Assembly: GCA_035263105.1 (NCBI GenBank)
Contig: DATFRO010000021.1
Span: forward strand, 41,254 to 105,253
DNA from: Steroidobacteraceae bacterium
GTDB lineage: Bacteria; Pseudomonadota; Gammaproteobacteria; Steroidobacterales; Steroidobacteraceae
Length of the DNA stretch: 64,000 nt
Direction of reading: 5' to 3'
Part shown: piece by piece, positions 8,279-18,180 of the stretch
Layout of the letters: the number at the start of each line of letters is the position of its first letter
How positions within the stretch are numbered: the stretch's first letter is position 1
Made by a program: the position numbers and the translations under genes
The notes under the pieces: model-generated
Databases searched by the model: none
The model's input: only the letters and a program-made list of their open reading frames with translations
What the model was told of the DNA's origin: nothing

Positions 8279-10411
8279 ATGTCGGCCGCGCGCGGCGCTT
8301 CGCGGAGTCTGTTCCGGCCGGGCAGCAACTGCTGGCGCAGCGTGCGTGCGCCGCGCATGTCGCTGCTGGTCGACGGCGCGGACTACTTCGACGCCTTCGC
8401 CGCCGCGGCCGGGCACGCGCAGCGCTCCATCCTGATCCTCGCGTGGGACTTCAACAGCCACACCCCGCTCCGTATCGGGGCTGACGGCGAGGCGTTGCTC
8501 CTGGGCGAGTTCCTCAATTCGCTGGTGCGCCATCGGTTGCGCCTGCAGGTGCGCGTGCTGATCTGGGATTACCCGATGATCTTCGGCACCGACCGCGAGT
8601 TTCCGCCCATCTACGGGCTCGGCTGGACGCCGCATCGGCGCGTGAAGGTGCGCTACGACAACACGCACCCCGTCGCCGCGTGCCACCACCAGAAGATCGT
8701 GGTGATCGACGATCACATCGCCTTCTGCGGTGGCATCGACCTGGCGATGAAGCGCTGGGACACGCGCGAGCATCGTGCGGAGGATCCGCGGCGCGCGGTC
8801 GACGGGAGCACCTACCCGCCGTTCCACGACGTCATGATGATGGTCGACGGCGCAGCGGCCGCGACGCTCGGTGAGCTGGCGCGCGAGCGCTGGCGCGTGG
8901 CCACGGGGCGGAGCCTGCGAGCGGTGCCCGTCCAGCAGGACCTGTGGCCCAGGCAGCATCCGCCGCTCATCACCGATGCGCAGCTGGCGGTCTCGCGTAC
9001 CCAGCCCGCGGCGGAGAATCGCGCGGCGATACGCGAGGTCGAGAGCCTGTACCTCGACCTGATCGCGCGAGCGCGCGATTACATCTACATCGAGAACCAG
9101 TACTTCACCTCGCAGCGCATCGGTGATGCGCTCGCCGCGCGTCTCGCCGAGCCGCAGGGTCCGGAGATCATCGTGGTGTTGCGCCTGCTGAGTCACGGCT
9201 GGCTCGAAGAGCTCACGATGCAGAACCTGCGCGGGCGCCTGGTGGAGCGCCTCAGGCACGCCGACCCGCACGGCCGCTTCCACGTCTATTACCCGTTTGT
9301 CGAAGGCCTGCCGGAGGGGACCTGCATCGACCTGCACTCCAAGCTCATGATCGTCGACGATGAGTGGCTGCGGGTCGGCTCGTCCAATCTCTGCAATCGC
9401 TCGATGGGGCTCGACAGCGAGTGCGATCTCACGCTCGAGTCGCACGATCGCCGGGAATCGCGACACGTCCGGGCATTCCGCGACGGCCTGCTGGCGGAGC
9501 ACCTCGGCACGGAGCCGGCGCGGGTTGCGGACTCGATCGCGGCACACGGCTCGATCAGCGCCGCGATCGAAGAGCTCGGCACGCCCGCGCGCGCACTCAA
9601 GCGACTCGACATCGAGGCGGTCTCGGATGCCGTCCTGAACCTCGCGAGCCTGGTCGACCCGGAACAGCCGGTCGCGCTCGAGAAGCTGGAAGCGGAGTTC
9701 GGTCCCCGCGCCGCGAAGCGCCGTCGCAGTCTGTGGGGCAAAGTCGCCATCGCGGCACTGGTGCTTGCGGCGCTCGGGGCGCTGTGGCGCTACACGCCGA
9801 TGGCCGGCCTGGTGACGGCGGATCGCATTACCGGCTGGGCCGATCGCTTCGCGCACAACCCGTGGGCTGCGCTGATCGTCGTGTCCGCGTATACGCCGGC
9901 CTGCGTGACATTGTTTCCGCGCCCGCTGATCACGTTGTTCGGCGTCCTGGCCTTTGGTCCCTGGCTCGGCTTCACCTACGCGATGTGCGGCATCCTGTTG
10001 GCTGCGCTGCTGTCGTACGTCGCGGGTCTGCGGCTCGATCGCGGCACGGTGCGCCGGCTCGCGGGACCGAAGCTCAATCACATGATCGAGCAGTTGCGTC
10101 AGCGCGGCCTGATCGCAATGACTGCGCTACGCCTGGTGCCAATTGCGCCGTTCGTGGTGGAAGGAGTCGTCGCCGGCGCGATCCGCATGAGCCTCAAGGA
10201 CTTCATGCTGGGGACCGCCATCGGCATCCTGCCTGGAACGCTCGCGGCCACCGTCTTCGGTCACCAGCTCGAGGCGGCGCTGCGCGATCCGCGGCAGATC
10301 AACGTGTGGCTGATCGTGCTGGTGGTGGTGGTGTTCGTGGTGGCGACGCTCGCGGTCCGCCGCTGGCTGATGACGGCCCAATCCCATGAAAGCGCGCCCG
10401 CGAGACAGTGA
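8279..10411 (+). CDS. phospholipase D / cardiolipin synthase-like protein fused to a C-terminal DedA/VTT (TVP38/TMEM64) membrane domain
   Basis: Two HKD motifs (HHQKIVVIDD and HSKLMIVDDEWLRVGSSNLCNRS), followed by about 230 aa with multiple TM helices resembling SNARE-associated/DedA proteins. Confidence 0.8.
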   Translation: MSAARGASRSLFRPGSNCWRSVRAPRMSLLVDGADYFDAFAAAAGHAQRSILILAWDFNSHTPLRIGADGEALLLGEFLNSLVRHRLRLQVRVLIWDYPMIFGTDREFPPIYGLGWTPHRRVKVRYDNTHPVAACHHQKIVVIDDHIAFCGGIDLAMKRWDTREHRAEDPRRAVDGSTYPPFHDVMMMVDGAAAATLGELARERWRVATGRSLRAVPVQQDLWPRQHPPLITDAQLAVSRTQPAAENRAAIREVESLYLDLIARARDYIYIENQYFTSQRIGDALAARLAEPQGPEIIVVLRLLSHGWLEELTMQNLRGRLVERLRHADPHGRFHVYYPFVEGLPEGTCIDLHSKLMIVDDEWLRVGSSNLCNRSMGLDSECDLTLESHDRRESRHVRAFRDGLLAEHLGTEPARVADSIAAHGSISAAIEELGTPARALKRLDIEAVSDAVLNLASLVDPEQPVALEKLEAEFGPRAAKRRRSLWGKVAIAALVLAALGALWRYTPMAGLVTADRITGWADRFAHNPWAALIVVSAYTPACVTLFPRPLITLFGVLAFGPWLGFTYAMCGILLAALLSYVAGLRLDRGTVRRLAGPKLNHMIEQLRQRGLIAMTALRLVPIAPFVVEGVVAGAIRMSLKDFMLGTAIGILPGTLAATVFGHQLEAALRDPRQINVWLIVLVVVVFVVATLAVRRWLMTAQSHESAPARQ

Positions 10412-11174
10412 GCCGGCGCCGTACCCGCGGAGCGCCGCCGCCACTCACCGCGTGCAAGTCGCGACTTACAACATTCATCGCTGCGTGGGCGCCGACGGGC
10501 GTTGCGACCCGAGCCGCATCGCCTCGGTGATCGCCGAGCTCGATTGCGATGCCATCGGCCTGCAGGAAGTCGACAACACGCCGGGCCCGGCGCCGACCTC
10601 CATGCAGCTCGACTTCCTCGCCTCGGCCTGCGCCATGCGTGCGGTGGCGGGCTTGCGCATCCTGCGCCACCGCGGCCACTACGGAAATGCGCTGCTGACG
10701 CGCCACCCGGTGCGCTCCGTGCGGCGGCACGATCTGAGCTTCTCGTGGCGCGAGCCGCGCGGCGCACTCGACGTGGAACTGGATGTGCACGGCCGCCCGG
10801 CGCGCTTCATCGTCACGCATCTCGGGCTCACGCCCGGCGAACGCCGCCACCAGATGCGCAAGATCCTCGAGATCGTGGGCGACGTCGCGCAGCGTTCTCC
10901 GGTCGTGCTGCTCGGCGATATCAATGAGTGGCTGCCACTCGGCAAGCCGCTGCGCTGGCTGCATGCGCTCTTCGGCCGCCCGCCCGCGCCGCGCTCGTTC
11001 CCGTCGCTGTTACCGCTGTTCGCGCTCGACCGGATCTGGGCCAGCCCGCGTGCGAGCCTCCTCAGCGTGCGCGCGCATCGCTCGCGCGACTCACGCCTCG
11101 CGTCCGATCATCTGCCGGTGACCGCCACGCTGGAGGTGCCCGCGTCGGCCGCGGCGCAACCTCCGGATGACTAG
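10386..11174 (+). CDS. endonuclease/exonuclease/phosphatase (EEP) family protein
   Basis: VATYNIHRCVG ... GLQEVD ... SDHLPV motifs characteristic of the EEP fold. It overlaps the end of the PLD gene by 26 nt. Confidence 0.8.
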   Translation: MKARPRDSEPAPYPRSAAATHRVQVATYNIHRCVGADGRCDPSRIASVIAELDCDAIGLQEVDNTPGPAPTSMQLDFLASACAMRAVAGLRILRHRGHYGNALLTRHPVRSVRRHDLSFSWREPRGALDVELDVHGRPARFIVTHLGLTPGERRHQMRKILEIVGDVAQRSPVVLLGDINEWLPLGKPLRWLHALFGRPPAPRSFPSLLPLFALDRIWASPRASLLSVRAHRSRDSRLASDHLPVTATLEVPASAAAQPPDD

Positions 11175-11440
11175 CGCGCTCTGCCGCGCCGGATCAGGTT
11201 GACGATGGCGAGCAGGATGATCGCGCCGAGGAGCGAGATCAGCAGCCCGCTGAAGGAGAAGTCGCCCTGGTTGATGGTGCCGGTGCCGAAGAGCGGTGCC
11301 AGGAGCCACCCGCCGAGCACCGCGCCCACGATGCCGACCACGATGTTGAGGAAGATGCCCTGCTGAGCGTCGGTGCGCATGAAGAGGCTGGCGAGCCAGC
11401 CCACCAGACCACCGACCACGAGCCAGATGATGATTGCCAT
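11171..11440 (-). CDS. GlsB/YeaQ/YmgE family stress-response membrane protein (transglycosylase-associated)
   Basis: 89 aa: IIIWLVVGGLVGWLASLFM ... IVVGIVGAVLGGWLL, the typical Gly-zipper pattern of this family. Confidence 0.85.
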   Translation of the reverse strand: MAIIIWLVVGGLVGWLASLFMRTDAQQGIFLNIVVGIVGAVLGGWLLAPLFGTGTINQGDFSFSGLLISLLGAIILLAIVNLIRRGRAR

Positions 11441-11459
11441 GGATCACCTCGCGATGAAA

Positions 11460-11723
11460 TCAGAAATCGGCTACCGACATTCCCGTCCCGCCCTGCAACA
11501 GCAGGTGCGGATCGTCGAACAGTCGCGGATCATCCTGGCGCAGCACCGCGGCGGTGATGTCGTTGCGCACGATGCGCTCGCAGTAAGCCGGTTGCTGAGT
11601 CGCGGTCAGATCCGCGGACTGTGCGCGTGGCGTTGGTTCGTGCGTGCCCCCTGCGCCCTGGAGCGCACCGCCGGACTGCAACGCGAGCACGATGAAAGCC
11701 GAGATTGACGCCGCCTTTTTCAT
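11460..11723 (-). CDS. small hypothetical protein with N-terminal signal-like segment
   Basis: MKKAASISAFIVLALQSGGALQG.... It has a GGGAGAG Shine-Dalgarno 7-8 nt before the ATG at 11723 and lies immediately upstream of the GlsB-like gene (probable two-gene operon). Confidence 0.5.
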   Translation of the reverse strand: MKKAASISAFIVLALQSGGALQGAGGTHEPTPRAQSADLTATQQPAYCERIVRNDITAAVLRQDDPRLFDDPHLLLQGGTGMSVADF

Positions 11724-11765
11724 TTCGCTGCTCTCCCTGGTCGCTGTTTCCATCACCTGAAGATC

Positions 11766-11781
11766 TGCAATACGTGTGCCA
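11766..11781 (-). promoter_or_regulatory. sigma54 (-24/-12) promoter upstream of the small secreted protein / GlsB-like operon
   Basis: Minus strand reads TGGCAC-ACGTA-TTGCA, a perfect consensus. It is 43 nt upstream of ATG 11723. Confidence 0.75.
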
Positions 11782-11942
11782 GTGCGCCGGCGCCGCTCGC
11801 ACGAGCGCTGGCGCGCCATTACGCGCAAGCTTTGCCCCCGTCGCCGGAACTAATTGCAATGGAGCCTGCGTGCTGAAACGCAGCGCCGGCTCGCACGGTC
11901 TTGCTCGCACTCAGATCGTGAGCTGCGCGCGGCATTCGACAC

Positions 11943-11958
11943 TGGCATGTCGATTGCA
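11943..11958 (+). promoter_or_regulatory. orphan sigma54 (-24/-12) promoter with no recognisable plus-strand gene downstream
   Basis: TGGCAT-GTCGA-TTGCA, GG-N10-GC exact. It is divergent from the 11766 promoter. The next convincing gene downstream (ferritin-like, 12171-12797) is on the opposite strand. Confidence 0.55.
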
Positions 11959-12170
11959 GTCGCTTGCACCATGGGGCCCAGAGCGGCCCGGTGGACACAA
12001 GCCCGCGAAAGCCGCAGCAGCGTTGCCTGTCAGGGACAGAGGCGACTCGCAACGTGGCCGAAGCGCAGCGTCGGGTGGGTTGCGGACCGATCCGCCCGCG
12101 TCTGCCGGTCGCGCTGGGCTCCAACCACGTCTCGAGCCACGCGCAAGCAAAGAGAGATCAGGTGCTGCGG

Positions 12171-12797
12171 CTATTCGTCGCCGTTCTTCCGCGGCGTATC
12201 GGCGTGGAGGACGGCCGCCACGTCTTCGAGCATGCTGCGCAATTCCTCGGCGTGCTCCTCTTCCTTGGCGAGCACCGACTCGAGCATGCGCCGCGTGGTC
12301 GGATCGTGGATGCCGACGAACTGGATCATCTCGCGATAGGACTCGATCGCGACGCGCTCGGCGACGAGGTCCTCCTCGATCATGTCGACCAGGGACTTGC
12401 CCTCGCGGTATTCGGCGGCACTGCGCATCGCGAGCCCGTCCGGGTTGAAATCCGGCGCGCCACCGAGCTGCACGATGCGCTCGGCGATCTGGTCGGCGTG
12501 CGCCTGCTCTTCCTGGGCGTGCACCAGGAATTCCTGCTTGATGGCTTCGGCCAGCACGCCGTCCGCCATGAAGTAGTGGCGCCGGTAACGCAGGATGCAG
12601 ACGAGCTCGGTCGCGAGCGCCTCGTTCAACAGGCGCAGCACCGTGTCGCGGTTGGCATCGTAGCTGGGCGTGACGGCGCCGGACTGGATGTGCTCGCGCG
12701 CCCGCCGGCGGATTTCCTTGATGTCGCTGAGGAACGGCTGATCGCTCCCGCCGGGTTCGTCCTGGGGCTGGTTTCGAGTCCGCTCAGCTGGATGCAT
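12171..12797 (-). CDS. ferritin-like / bacterioferritin-family di-iron protein
   Basis: 208 aa. LNEALATELVCILRYRRH ... EEQAHADQIAERIVQLGG ... ERVAIESY ... AKEEEHAEEL match the four-helix ferroxidase Glu/His pattern of ferritin-like proteins. Confidence 0.75.
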   Translation of the reverse strand: MHPAERTRNQPQDEPGGSDQPFLSDIKEIRRRAREHIQSGAVTPSYDANRDTVLRLLNEALATELVCILRYRRHYFMADGVLAEAIKQEFLVHAQEEQAHADQIAERIVQLGGAPDFNPDGLAMRSAAEYREGKSLVDMIEEDLVAERVAIESYREMIQFVGIHDPTTRRMLESVLAKEEEHAEELRSMLEDVAAVLHADTPRKNGDE

Positions 12798-13022
12798 GGG
12801 GGTTCCCTCCCGTCATGGACCGATACGGCGGCGCTGCCGGCGTTCGCCGGCAAGGCCGCCCAGAGGAGCCGCTTTTCCCGCCCGGCACCTGGTCAGCTCT
12901 TCTGGCCGTGACCAGCGCCGTGTCCGCGTCCTGCGCATCCTTGTCGGCAAATTCCTCGGGGCTTCCAGTTGCCCTAGATCCGCCGGCACCAGGCGGGAAA
13001 GCGACAACGCGTGAAGTCGAAG

Positions 13023-13187
13023 CTACGTGCGTCGTGCCACGCTCATGACGAAGGTCACGACCGCGCCGATGAGGAACAGCACGAACAGGATCTTGGCGAA
13101 TCCCGCCGCGCCGGCCGCGATGCCGCCGAAGCCGAGGAAGGCCGCGATCAGCGCCACGATCAGGAACACGAGTGCGTAATACAGCAT
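13023..13187 (-). CDS. DUF1328 (UPF0391, YtjA-like) small membrane protein
   Basis: [47 protein letters not shown], the canonical sequence pattern of this family. The internal Met start is preferred. Confidence 0.85.
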   Translation of the reverse strand: MLYYALVFLIVALIAAFLGFGGIAAGAAGFAKILFVLFLIGAVVTFVMSVARRT

Positions 13188-13320
13188 GGTTTTCCCCGCA
13201 TCGACGTTCGATTGACTTGATTGGTACGATGCGACAAGGCACACCCGCCATGCCGTCGGCAGTCCACGACAGTCCCTGTAGGACGATGCTCACAATGCGT
13301 ATCCGCGAGATTTCCCGCGC

Positions 13321-14739
13321 ATGATCTGGCGCGACATCTTCAAGGTGTGGCTGCCGGTGCTGCTGCTCGCGGCGCTGCTCGCGGGCCTGTACCTGTTGTT
13401 CGAGCAGCGCTACTCGCGCCTCAACGAAGTGAGCGTGCGCGTGCTGCAGATCCAGGAACGGCAGAAGCTCCTGTCGCGCTTCATGCAGCTGGTGGTCGAT
13501 GCCGAGACCGGCCAGCGCGGCTTCCTCCTGACCGAACAGCCCGAGTACCTCGAGCCGCTGTTGAGCGCGGCGCCGCGCATCCACGAGGTGCTGGTGCAAC
13601 TCGCCGAGAGCTACCAGCGCGAAGGCGTGCCGCTCAACCCGGTGATCGAGCTCGGCGCTCTCACCCGGCAACGTTTCGAGGTTCTCACCGTCGCGTTGCG
13701 CCACTACGTGCAGTGGCGCAGGACCGGCGCGGCGCCGGTCCTGCAGGGCACCGGCAAGCAGGTCATGGACCAGTTGCGCGGCCGGGTCACGGAGCTCGAG
13801 ACACTGGAGTCCGAGCAGTTCGTGACCTCACTCGCACAGTGGCAGAGGGACCTGCGCACCACGCGCTGGAGCATGGCGGGCGCAACGCTCCTCAACGTAC
13901 TGCTGATCGTTGCGCTCGGCTCGTTCCTGCTGCGCGATCTCAACCGGCGCAGCCGCGAAGCCGAGTACCTCAAGCGCATGGTGGATGCGCGCACACGCGA
14001 GCTGGTGTCGCTCTCCAATCACCTGCAGGAGGTCACCGAGCGCGAGAAGCAGTCGCTGGCGCGCGAGCTGCACGATGCGCTGGGGAGCCTGCTGGTTGCG
14101 ACCAAGATGGACGTGGCGTGGCTGCACGCGCGCCTCAGGAGCCTCGATCCGGACCTGGAGGTGCGCTGGAGCCGCATCCAGGACTCGCTGGATCGCGGCG
14201 TCGATCTCAAGCGTCGCGTGGTCGAGTCGCTCCGTCCGACGCTGCTCGACAACATGGGCCTGTACGCCGCGTTGCGCTGGCAGTTCGACGAGACCTGCGG
14301 GCGCAACAACATCAAGTGCACCTGCCGCCTGCCCGAGGAGGAGCCGCAGTTCAGCAATGACGCGGCCATCGCGCTGTTCCGCGTGGCGCAGGAATCCTTC
14401 ACCAACATCCTGCGTCACTCGGAGGCGAGCGAGGCGGAGCTCGAGGTCAAGGTGGAGGATGGAGAGTTCGTGCTCACCATCGACGACAACGGCCGCGGCC
14501 TGCTGCTGCGCGATGATGCGACGCCGCGCCACGGGCTTGCCGGCATGCGCCATCGCGTGAACGCGCTCGGCGGCCGCTGCGAAATCGCGCGGCGCGAGGC
14601 TGGCGGAACCCGGGTGCGCGTGTCGATTCCGCTCGCCAACGTGCAGGAGGCCGCGGCGCAGCCGCTGCCGGCACAGATCGTCGGCGTGCGCAGCCGCGCG
14701 GGCTCCGCGCCTCAGGCGGGCACGAGCTCCGGCGAGTGA
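13321..14739 (+). CDS. CHASE3-domain sensor histidine kinase, NarX/HisKA_3 type
   Basis: CHASE3 signature DAETGQRGFLLTEQPEYLEP, a second TM, the H-box LARELHDALGSLL and a HATPase C-terminus (DDNGRG ... GLAGMRHR). Confidence 0.85.
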   Translation: MIWRDIFKVWLPVLLLAALLAGLYLLFEQRYSRLNEVSVRVLQIQERQKLLSRFMQLVVDAETGQRGFLLTEQPEYLEPLLSAAPRIHEVLVQLAESYQREGVPLNPVIELGALTRQRFEVLTVALRHYVQWRRTGAAPVLQGTGKQVMDQLRGRVTELETLESEQFVTSLAQWQRDLRTTRWSMAGATLLNVLLIVALGSFLLRDLNRRSREAEYLKRMVDARTRELVSLSNHLQEVTEREKQSLARELHDALGSLLVATKMDVAWLHARLRSLDPDLEVRWSRIQDSLDRGVDLKRRVVESLRPTLLDNMGLYAALRWQFDETCGRNNIKCTCRLPEEEPQFSNDAAIALFRVAQESFTNILRHSEASEAELEVKVEDGEFVLTIDDNGRGLLLRDDATPRHGLAGMRHRVNALGGRCEIARREAGGTRVRVSIPLANVQEAAAQPLPAQIVGVRSRAGSAPQAGTSSGE

Positions 14740-15122
14740 CGCTGGCGCGGCGGGCCGCCGCGCAACGTGTCGATCAGCTGCGGCAGGCGCTCGAAATCGC
14801 GCGCCTTGTCGAGGAAGTAATCCGCGCCCAGGGCGAGCGCCTGGCGGCGGTATTCCGGCAGATCGTAGTTGGTGAAGATGATCACGATCGGACGCTCTTC
14901 GAGCTTGCTGAGCGCGCGCAGCACGCCGAAGCCGGTGCCGCGATTCAAGCGCAGATCGAGCACCACGACGTCGATTCCGCCCAGCTCAATCGCCTCGATT
15001 GCCTTGGTCTCGCGATCGATCGTGTCGATGATGCGGATCGCGCGCAACTCGCACAACGACTCCCTGAGGCGCTCCGCCACGATCGGTGAATCCTCGACGA
15101 TCAGGATTCGCAGGATGTCCAT
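14712..15122 (-). CDS. single-domain response regulator (receiver only)
   Basis: MDILRILIVEDSP ... VVVLDLRL ... IIFTN ... ADYFLDK. Its 3-prime end overlaps the convergent kinase gene by 28 nt. Confidence 0.8.
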   Translation of the reverse strand: MDILRILIVEDSPIVAERLRESLCELRAIRIIDTIDRETKAIEAIELGGIDVVVLDLRLNRGTGFGVLRALSKLEERPIVIIFTNYDLPEYRRQALALGADYFLDKARDFERLPQLIDTLRGGPPRQRHSPELVPA

Positions 15123-15270
15123 TTCACTGCCACTCACGGAAATACTCTGCTGCTTGCACGTCGCATTCTCCCCGCAACGCCCGAGTCCCGGTATCAGACT
15201 TCGCTGACGCTGCTCCTACAAATCTCCCTTCGACACCGGCACATGAACGAATCGGCGCTTTCGGGCTCCC

Positions 15271-15903
15271 TCAGTTGATGAGCTGGTTGCGTAATGCATA
15301 CGAAGTGAGATCGGCATTGGTCTCGAAACTCATCTTCTGCAGGATGCGGCTGCGGTACGTGCTCACCGTCTTGACGCTCAGGCACAGCTCCGTCGCGATC
15401 TCCGAGACCGCGCGCCCGGCCGCGAGCTTGCAGAACACCTGGAATTCACGTTCAGAGAGGCGCGCGTGCAGCGGCTTGTCGGCCTCGCCGTCGAGCTCGC
15501 CCACCAGCTGTTCAGCGAGCGTCGAGCTCACGTAGCGCCGGCCCTGCAGGACTGCGCGCACCGCGCGCAGCAGCTCCTCGGGCGCGGTGCCCTTCTCGAT
15601 GAAGCCGCTCGCGCCGGCGCGCAGCACGTTGAGCGCGTACTGCCGTTCAGGGTAGCCGCTGAGCACCAGCACGCGGGTGCGGTCGTGCACCGAGCGGATC
15701 TGCTGCAGGATGTCGATGCCGCTGCGATCGGGCATGCCGATGTCGAGGATCACCAGGTCCCAGTTCTCGGCGCGCAGGCGATCGAGCGTCTCGCGCCCGG
15801 TTGCAGCTTCGCCGATCGCGCTGATGGCGCGGTCTTCGACCAGAAACTGCTTGAGACCGGCGCGAACTACCGCATGGTCGTCGGCGATCAGAACTCGTGC
15901 CAT
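15271..15903 (-). CDS. NarL/FixJ (LuxR-type HTH) response regulator
   Basis: MARVLIADDHAVVRAGL ... LVILDIGMPD ... the C-terminal LSEREFQVFCKLAAGRAVSEIATELCLSVKTVSTYRSRILQKM. Confidence 0.9.
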   Translation of the reverse strand: MARVLIADDHAVVRAGLKQFLVEDRAISAIGEAATGRETLDRLRAENWDLVILDIGMPDRSGIDILQQIRSVHDRTRVLVLSGYPERQYALNVLRAGASGFIEKGTAPEELLRAVRAVLQGRRYVSSTLAEQLVGELDGEADKPLHARLSEREFQVFCKLAAGRAVSEIATELCLSVKTVSTYRSRILQKMSFETNADLTSYALRNQLIN

Positions 15904-15926
15904 GGACTTCCCATTTCAGGTGGTCC

Positions 15927-16967
<1,041 letters not shown>

Positions 16968-17211
16968 TGCTTCCCCTAATGTCGATTCGTCGGACCGCGA
17001 GCGAATGCAATTTCTGCATCGGCCCTGGGGAAGCTTTGTAACGTATTGCATCCCGGGGCTGGAGCGGCGCTCACTGATCCCAGCCTAGGAATAATTGCAA
17101 CGCGCGTGTCGGTGTTTGTCTGACAAGAGCGCCCCAATCCGCTGTTTCCTGTGCCTTTGCGCACCGTGCGGGAGCCGTCGCGCTGCGCAGTGCACAACGC
17201 CATCCAGCCCG

Positions 17212-17227
17212 TGGCATACGCCTTGCA
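17212..17227 (+). promoter_or_regulatory. sigma54 (-24/-12) promoter upstream of a lipoprotein gene, divergent from the receiver-less activator
   Basis: TGGCAT-ACGCC-TTGCA, GG-N10-GC exact, 67 nt upstream of ATG 17294. Confidence 0.75.
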
Positions 17228-17293
17228 CCTCGCTATTCGGTTCGCGCGCCGCAAGTGACGCGCGCCGTGAGGCTGTGTGCCGGGAAGGTATTG

Positions 17294-17707
17294 ATGAAGA
17301 CCACATCTGTGAATCTGACGATCGTGAATCTGGCAATGGCGGCGCTGCTATCGGTGTTCGCGCTGGCGGGCTGCAAGCGCGCCGAGAGCCCTGCACATAC
17401 GCAGCAGGATGTTCAGCAGGCTGAACAGCAGGCCAACGAAAAAGTCGCGGAAGCGCGCACCGACCAGGCCAAGCAGGACGCAGAGGCCGGCAAGGACGTG
17501 CGCAACGAAGAGCAGGATGCTGCGAAGAAAGAAGCGAGCGCCGCCTATGACGTCGCGGTCGCGCAGGCGGAGGGCGATCACAAGGTCGCCATCCAGAAGT
17601 GCGAGTCACAGAGTGGCGCGGCGCGTGATGCCTGCAAGGAGCGTGCGGACACGGCGCTCGAGCAGGCCAAGTCGCAGGCCGAAGCGCGGCGCGACGCGGC
17701 GCGTTGA
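17294..17707 (+). CDS. charged helical lipoprotein (Ala/Glu/Lys/Gln-rich with a C-x10-C pair)
   Basis: Lipobox FALAGC, then QQDVQQAEQQANEKVAEARTDQAK ... KCESQSGAARDACKERAD. GGAAGG Shine-Dalgarno. Confidence 0.7.
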   Translation: MKTTSVNLTIVNLAMAALLSVFALAGCKRAESPAHTQQDVQQAEQQANEKVAEARTDQAKQDAEAGKDVRNEEQDAAKKEASAAYDVAVAQAEGDHKVAIQKCESQSGAARDACKERADTALEQAKSQAEARRDAAR

Positions 17708-17800
17708 TTTCCCGCAACGCGTGATCGATCACCAGGTGCGATCGATCACGCGACACACCGAGCTGATTCTCCCGTACTCAATCCCAAGAGGAGCGAACCG

Positions 17801-18019
17801 ATGAAGACCAAATACCTCATGATCGCAGCCCTGCTGTCGCTCTTCGCGCTGGCAGGCTGCAAGCGCCCGGAGGCGACTCCGCCGGAAACCCCCGCGCCGA
17901 GCTCGCAGCCCGAGACACCGCCGCCGGCACAGGAATCTCCGCCGCCCGCCGACCAGGCAACGCCGCCGTCCGACCAGACGCCGCCGCCTGACAACAGCGG
18001 GCAGCCCCCGCAGCAATAG
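17801..18019 (+). CDS. small proline-rich lipoprotein
   Basis: MKTKYLMIAALLSLFALAGCKRPEAT.... The signal peptide and lipobox are nearly identical to those of the preceding lipoprotein (LLSVFALAGCKR). AGAGGAG Shine-Dalgarno. Confidence 0.65.
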   Translation: MKTKYLMIAALLSLFALAGCKRPEATPPETPAPSSQPETPPPAQESPPPADQATPPSDQTPPPDNSGQPPQQ

Positions 18020-18180
18020 CGCGTGAACGCAGCCGGGACGGATGTCAGCCGACCTCCGTCCCTGCTTGCGGCTCAGTCCTACGGACGTGGCCATGCGCCA
18101 TGCGCTGAACTAGTCGCCGAAACTGCCGCAGTGTGTATTGACGCTTACCAACAGGTTCAGTAACGACCAGGAGACTTGTG

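Noticed and set aside
8270-10081. 603-aa minus-strand ORF opposite the PLD-DedA gene
   Set aside because: Shadow ORF. The plus-strand frame carries both HKD motifs and a coherent TM domain, whereas this frame is Arg/Asp/His-rich with no motifs.
11971-12339. 123-codon ORF starting exactly at the predicted start site of the orphan sigma54 promoter (possible leaderless gene)
   Set aside because: The product is Arg/Ser/Trp-rich with no hydrophobic pattern, and more than half of the ORF is antisense to the well-supported ferritin-like gene. I treat it as non-coding unless translation evidence appears.
17107-17125. TGTC-N11-GACA element upstream of the 17212 sigma54 promoter, resembling the E. coli GlrR box TGTC-N10-GACA
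   Set aside because: The spacer is one nucleotide too long, it is a single copy only, and the short half-sites are easily found by chance. I noted it but do not call it a binding site.
17719-17751. 12-bp perfect hairpin GCGTGATCGATC-N9-GATCGATCACGC between the two lipoprotein genes
   Set aside because: It could be an attenuator, terminator or operator. It has no U-tract and no second copy elsewhere in the window, so there is not enough evidence to assign a function.
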